DNA from: Ascidiella aspersa | Taxonomy: Eukaryota | Assembly (NCBI GenBank): GCA_963924565.1 | Contig: OZ004615.1 | Location: 6,200,001 to 6,264,000, forward strand | Direction of reading: 5' to 3' | DNA: 64,000 bases | Shown here: piece after piece, positions 61,916 through 64,000 of the stretch | Numbering within the stretch: position 1 is the stretch's first letter | Layout of the letters: every line of letters starts with the position of its first letter | Notes under the pieces: model-generated | Told to the model about the DNA's origin: nothing | What the model saw: only the letters and a program-made list of their open reading frames with translations | Database searches by the model: none | Translations under genes and position numbers: made by a program

Positions 61916-64000
61916 CCTTAATCGACAGAACATAAACACATTATAGCTGTACACTAGAAGCGCCATATTAAACACCATTTCTTCGCCGCGTGACTCGACT
62001 GACAGACCGCGGTAAATATGTAAGGCGAAAAGCGGCAAAAAAGTGGTCTTTTATTCGCACTACCATGAGAAAAGTTTTCCGCGCATCTTTATAACATGAA
62101 CTAAAACGAAACCATTCTTTTTTCAAGTTTTATACGTTACTGGGAAACGCTAATCCTATAGAAGCAGAAGGGGTTGCTGACGGCGACCATAGCTGACAAA
62201 CTGTGCGGACCGGGCACCAACTCACAGACCTCCTTCGGCACGCCAAACCCGCACACACTGCATATATACTTCCGACACGCAAACCATTGTCGCGGTTAAA
62301 AACTGCGGTCTCGCGCAAAACAACAGCTCTTCTGCACCGGGCGCCCGCCGCCACACTAGATTCAAAACGCAACGCCTGCCAGAGTTTGTCATTTAAAGAA
62401 TCCACTCGCCCGGGTTCAATCGGTCGGAAGCGCACGACGAGGGCCCGAAACTGTTTCTCCCGCCGCCAATTGCTTGATTGCACGTCTGCGCGTGTTTTTT
62501 CCTTCTAGTTCTGTCGTGACGTCGAAAAAACGTCGGCCGCTTGACCAACAGCAGATGTGGCGCTGATAAAGGCCGCTCTTAACAGAGCTCAGGCTGGGGC
62601 GTTTTCCGGGCACTTTGGGCCATGGCCTGGGTTGTTTTTGCCACCGGGCTGGGGGTCGAGAGCTGATAGCGCGACAAAAGCACGACTGTTTTTCGTCGGC
62701 GCATGTAAATATTCCAGACGGCAAACTTGACCAACACGGCGCCTGTGTTTTTTAGGGCAAAATTAATTTAAAGACGTGTCGCTTTCCTTATTAAAGACAC
62801 TTTTTTCTTCATTAAAAATTTTTAATCATCAAAAATGTTTTTTGCAAAAAAGGGTAAGGCCTCTCAAATTGATAGATAATGGACCCTTAATAATTTGTTT
62901 TGTAGCATTTATGGGAAGTACCACAACAGTCAATTACAACCATCACATACTTATACGTCACAAACGCTGTAGTTATTATTACGTTTGCTATACTTATTAA
63001 TGTATAGTTTTACTATATTTTAGTGATTTTGTTTTTGCTCTTTTGAATATTGCGATAAAACTTTGTCAGTTGCTACTCGAAGCGGTTTGCTGGCATATTT
63101 TACTAGTTCAAGTTCAAAATCTTTGTCCCACTACAAAAAAAATATTACGGCTGCCTCCGCCACTGCTGGTTTATGCTCCCTTTTTTTGCTTTTTCGGTTA
63201 CAAACAAGGCGTCAAAAATAGCTGTACAGCAAAATTAAACCCTGCTCTCGTTACTACTTGCAACTCATTGAATAAGGATACTCTTGCGCTATACGCAAAA
63301 AGAACAGAGCGCTGTGTTTCTCAAACCTAAATATAGACGATTAAAAGCCTCCAAACGGTTATGCAGGTATCATCAAGGGGAGGGGGTTTTGATGAGGAAG
63401 TCTCTGTCAATTGATTGCAACCGGGTATTTGCAAATGGACCACAAGGAAAGTGGCCAGCAAGAGTTCAGGAGTTGATTTGCACCGACAGTGTTTTTTTAC
63501 GCATATAGGTTTTTGCGGTAAGGACATTGGCCGCACTGAATGTAAATTTGCGGATGGCCGTTCGAGCCACGGCGTATTGTTTTCTACTGATTATTCGTAT
63601 ATAGGGCAAAAATTATTTTCGTCAAAGTTATCCCGATTGGATTTTATCGCAAACGCTTGAATGTTTTTGAAACGTAAACAGATTACACAATATAAGTTAA
63701 ATTGTTGTTTGTTTGGAACACGTTAATTTTTTTTAAAGGAATTAAATGCGAAAGTGGGACATTTTTAAGGCATGCCATTATTAACTATGTTTAATTTACG
63801 GAACATGCGTCATTAGGAAAAATATCTAGAAAATCAATTTATTCTAAGCTGGATTCCGAAAAGCCGTGACGAAAATATAAGCGCTCTTATTGCTTTTGTC
63901 CGATCCGATAAACTATAAAAGTTACCAAAACCATAATTGTTGTACACACTTGAGCGTGAGTTCTCCAATTCTTCACAGCTGTAATTCTTAAAATAACTGA

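Noticed and set aside
62130-63660. ORFs of 70-120 aa near the window end
   Set aside because: No recognisable protein motifs or consistent splice chain; more likely regulatory or repeat-derived DNA.

Overview
Eukaryotic, intron-rich, AT-rich animal DNA. A tunicate/ascidian origin is inferred from gene architecture, abundant TGACGTCA and dense MITEs, but is not proven. Four spliced protein-coding genes were rebuilt by hand with GT-AG introns and consistent phases: (1) the 3' part of an SLC16/MCT-family transporter (+, 38-6189); (2) ZC3H15/DFRP1 (-, 18162-8856, 11 exons, 414 aa); (3) SPRYD3 (+, 18373-24886, 11 exons, 512 aa), head-to-head with ZC3H15 across only 210 bp; (4) a class A GPCR resembling prostanoid receptors (-, 58587-29724, 9 coding exons, 633 aa). 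Introns and intergenic DNA are crowded with non-autonomous hAT MITEs (8-bp TSDs, often nested), foldback hairpins, LTR remnants and minisatellites. The most notable signals are: a 244-bp Penelope-like/retrozyme-type insertion carrying a hammerhead ribozyme fold, an inverted repeat and a 13-bp TSD (17106-17349); a tRNA-like Pol III unit carried inside an inverted-repeat element (two copies); a degenerate snR38/SNORD1-like C/D snoRNA in the last ZC3H15 intron; and the GPCR, which lacks both the prostanoid Arg7.40 and the opsin Lys7.43. Most ORFs in the supplied track are spurious or are exon fragments. All calls are by eye; no searches were run.
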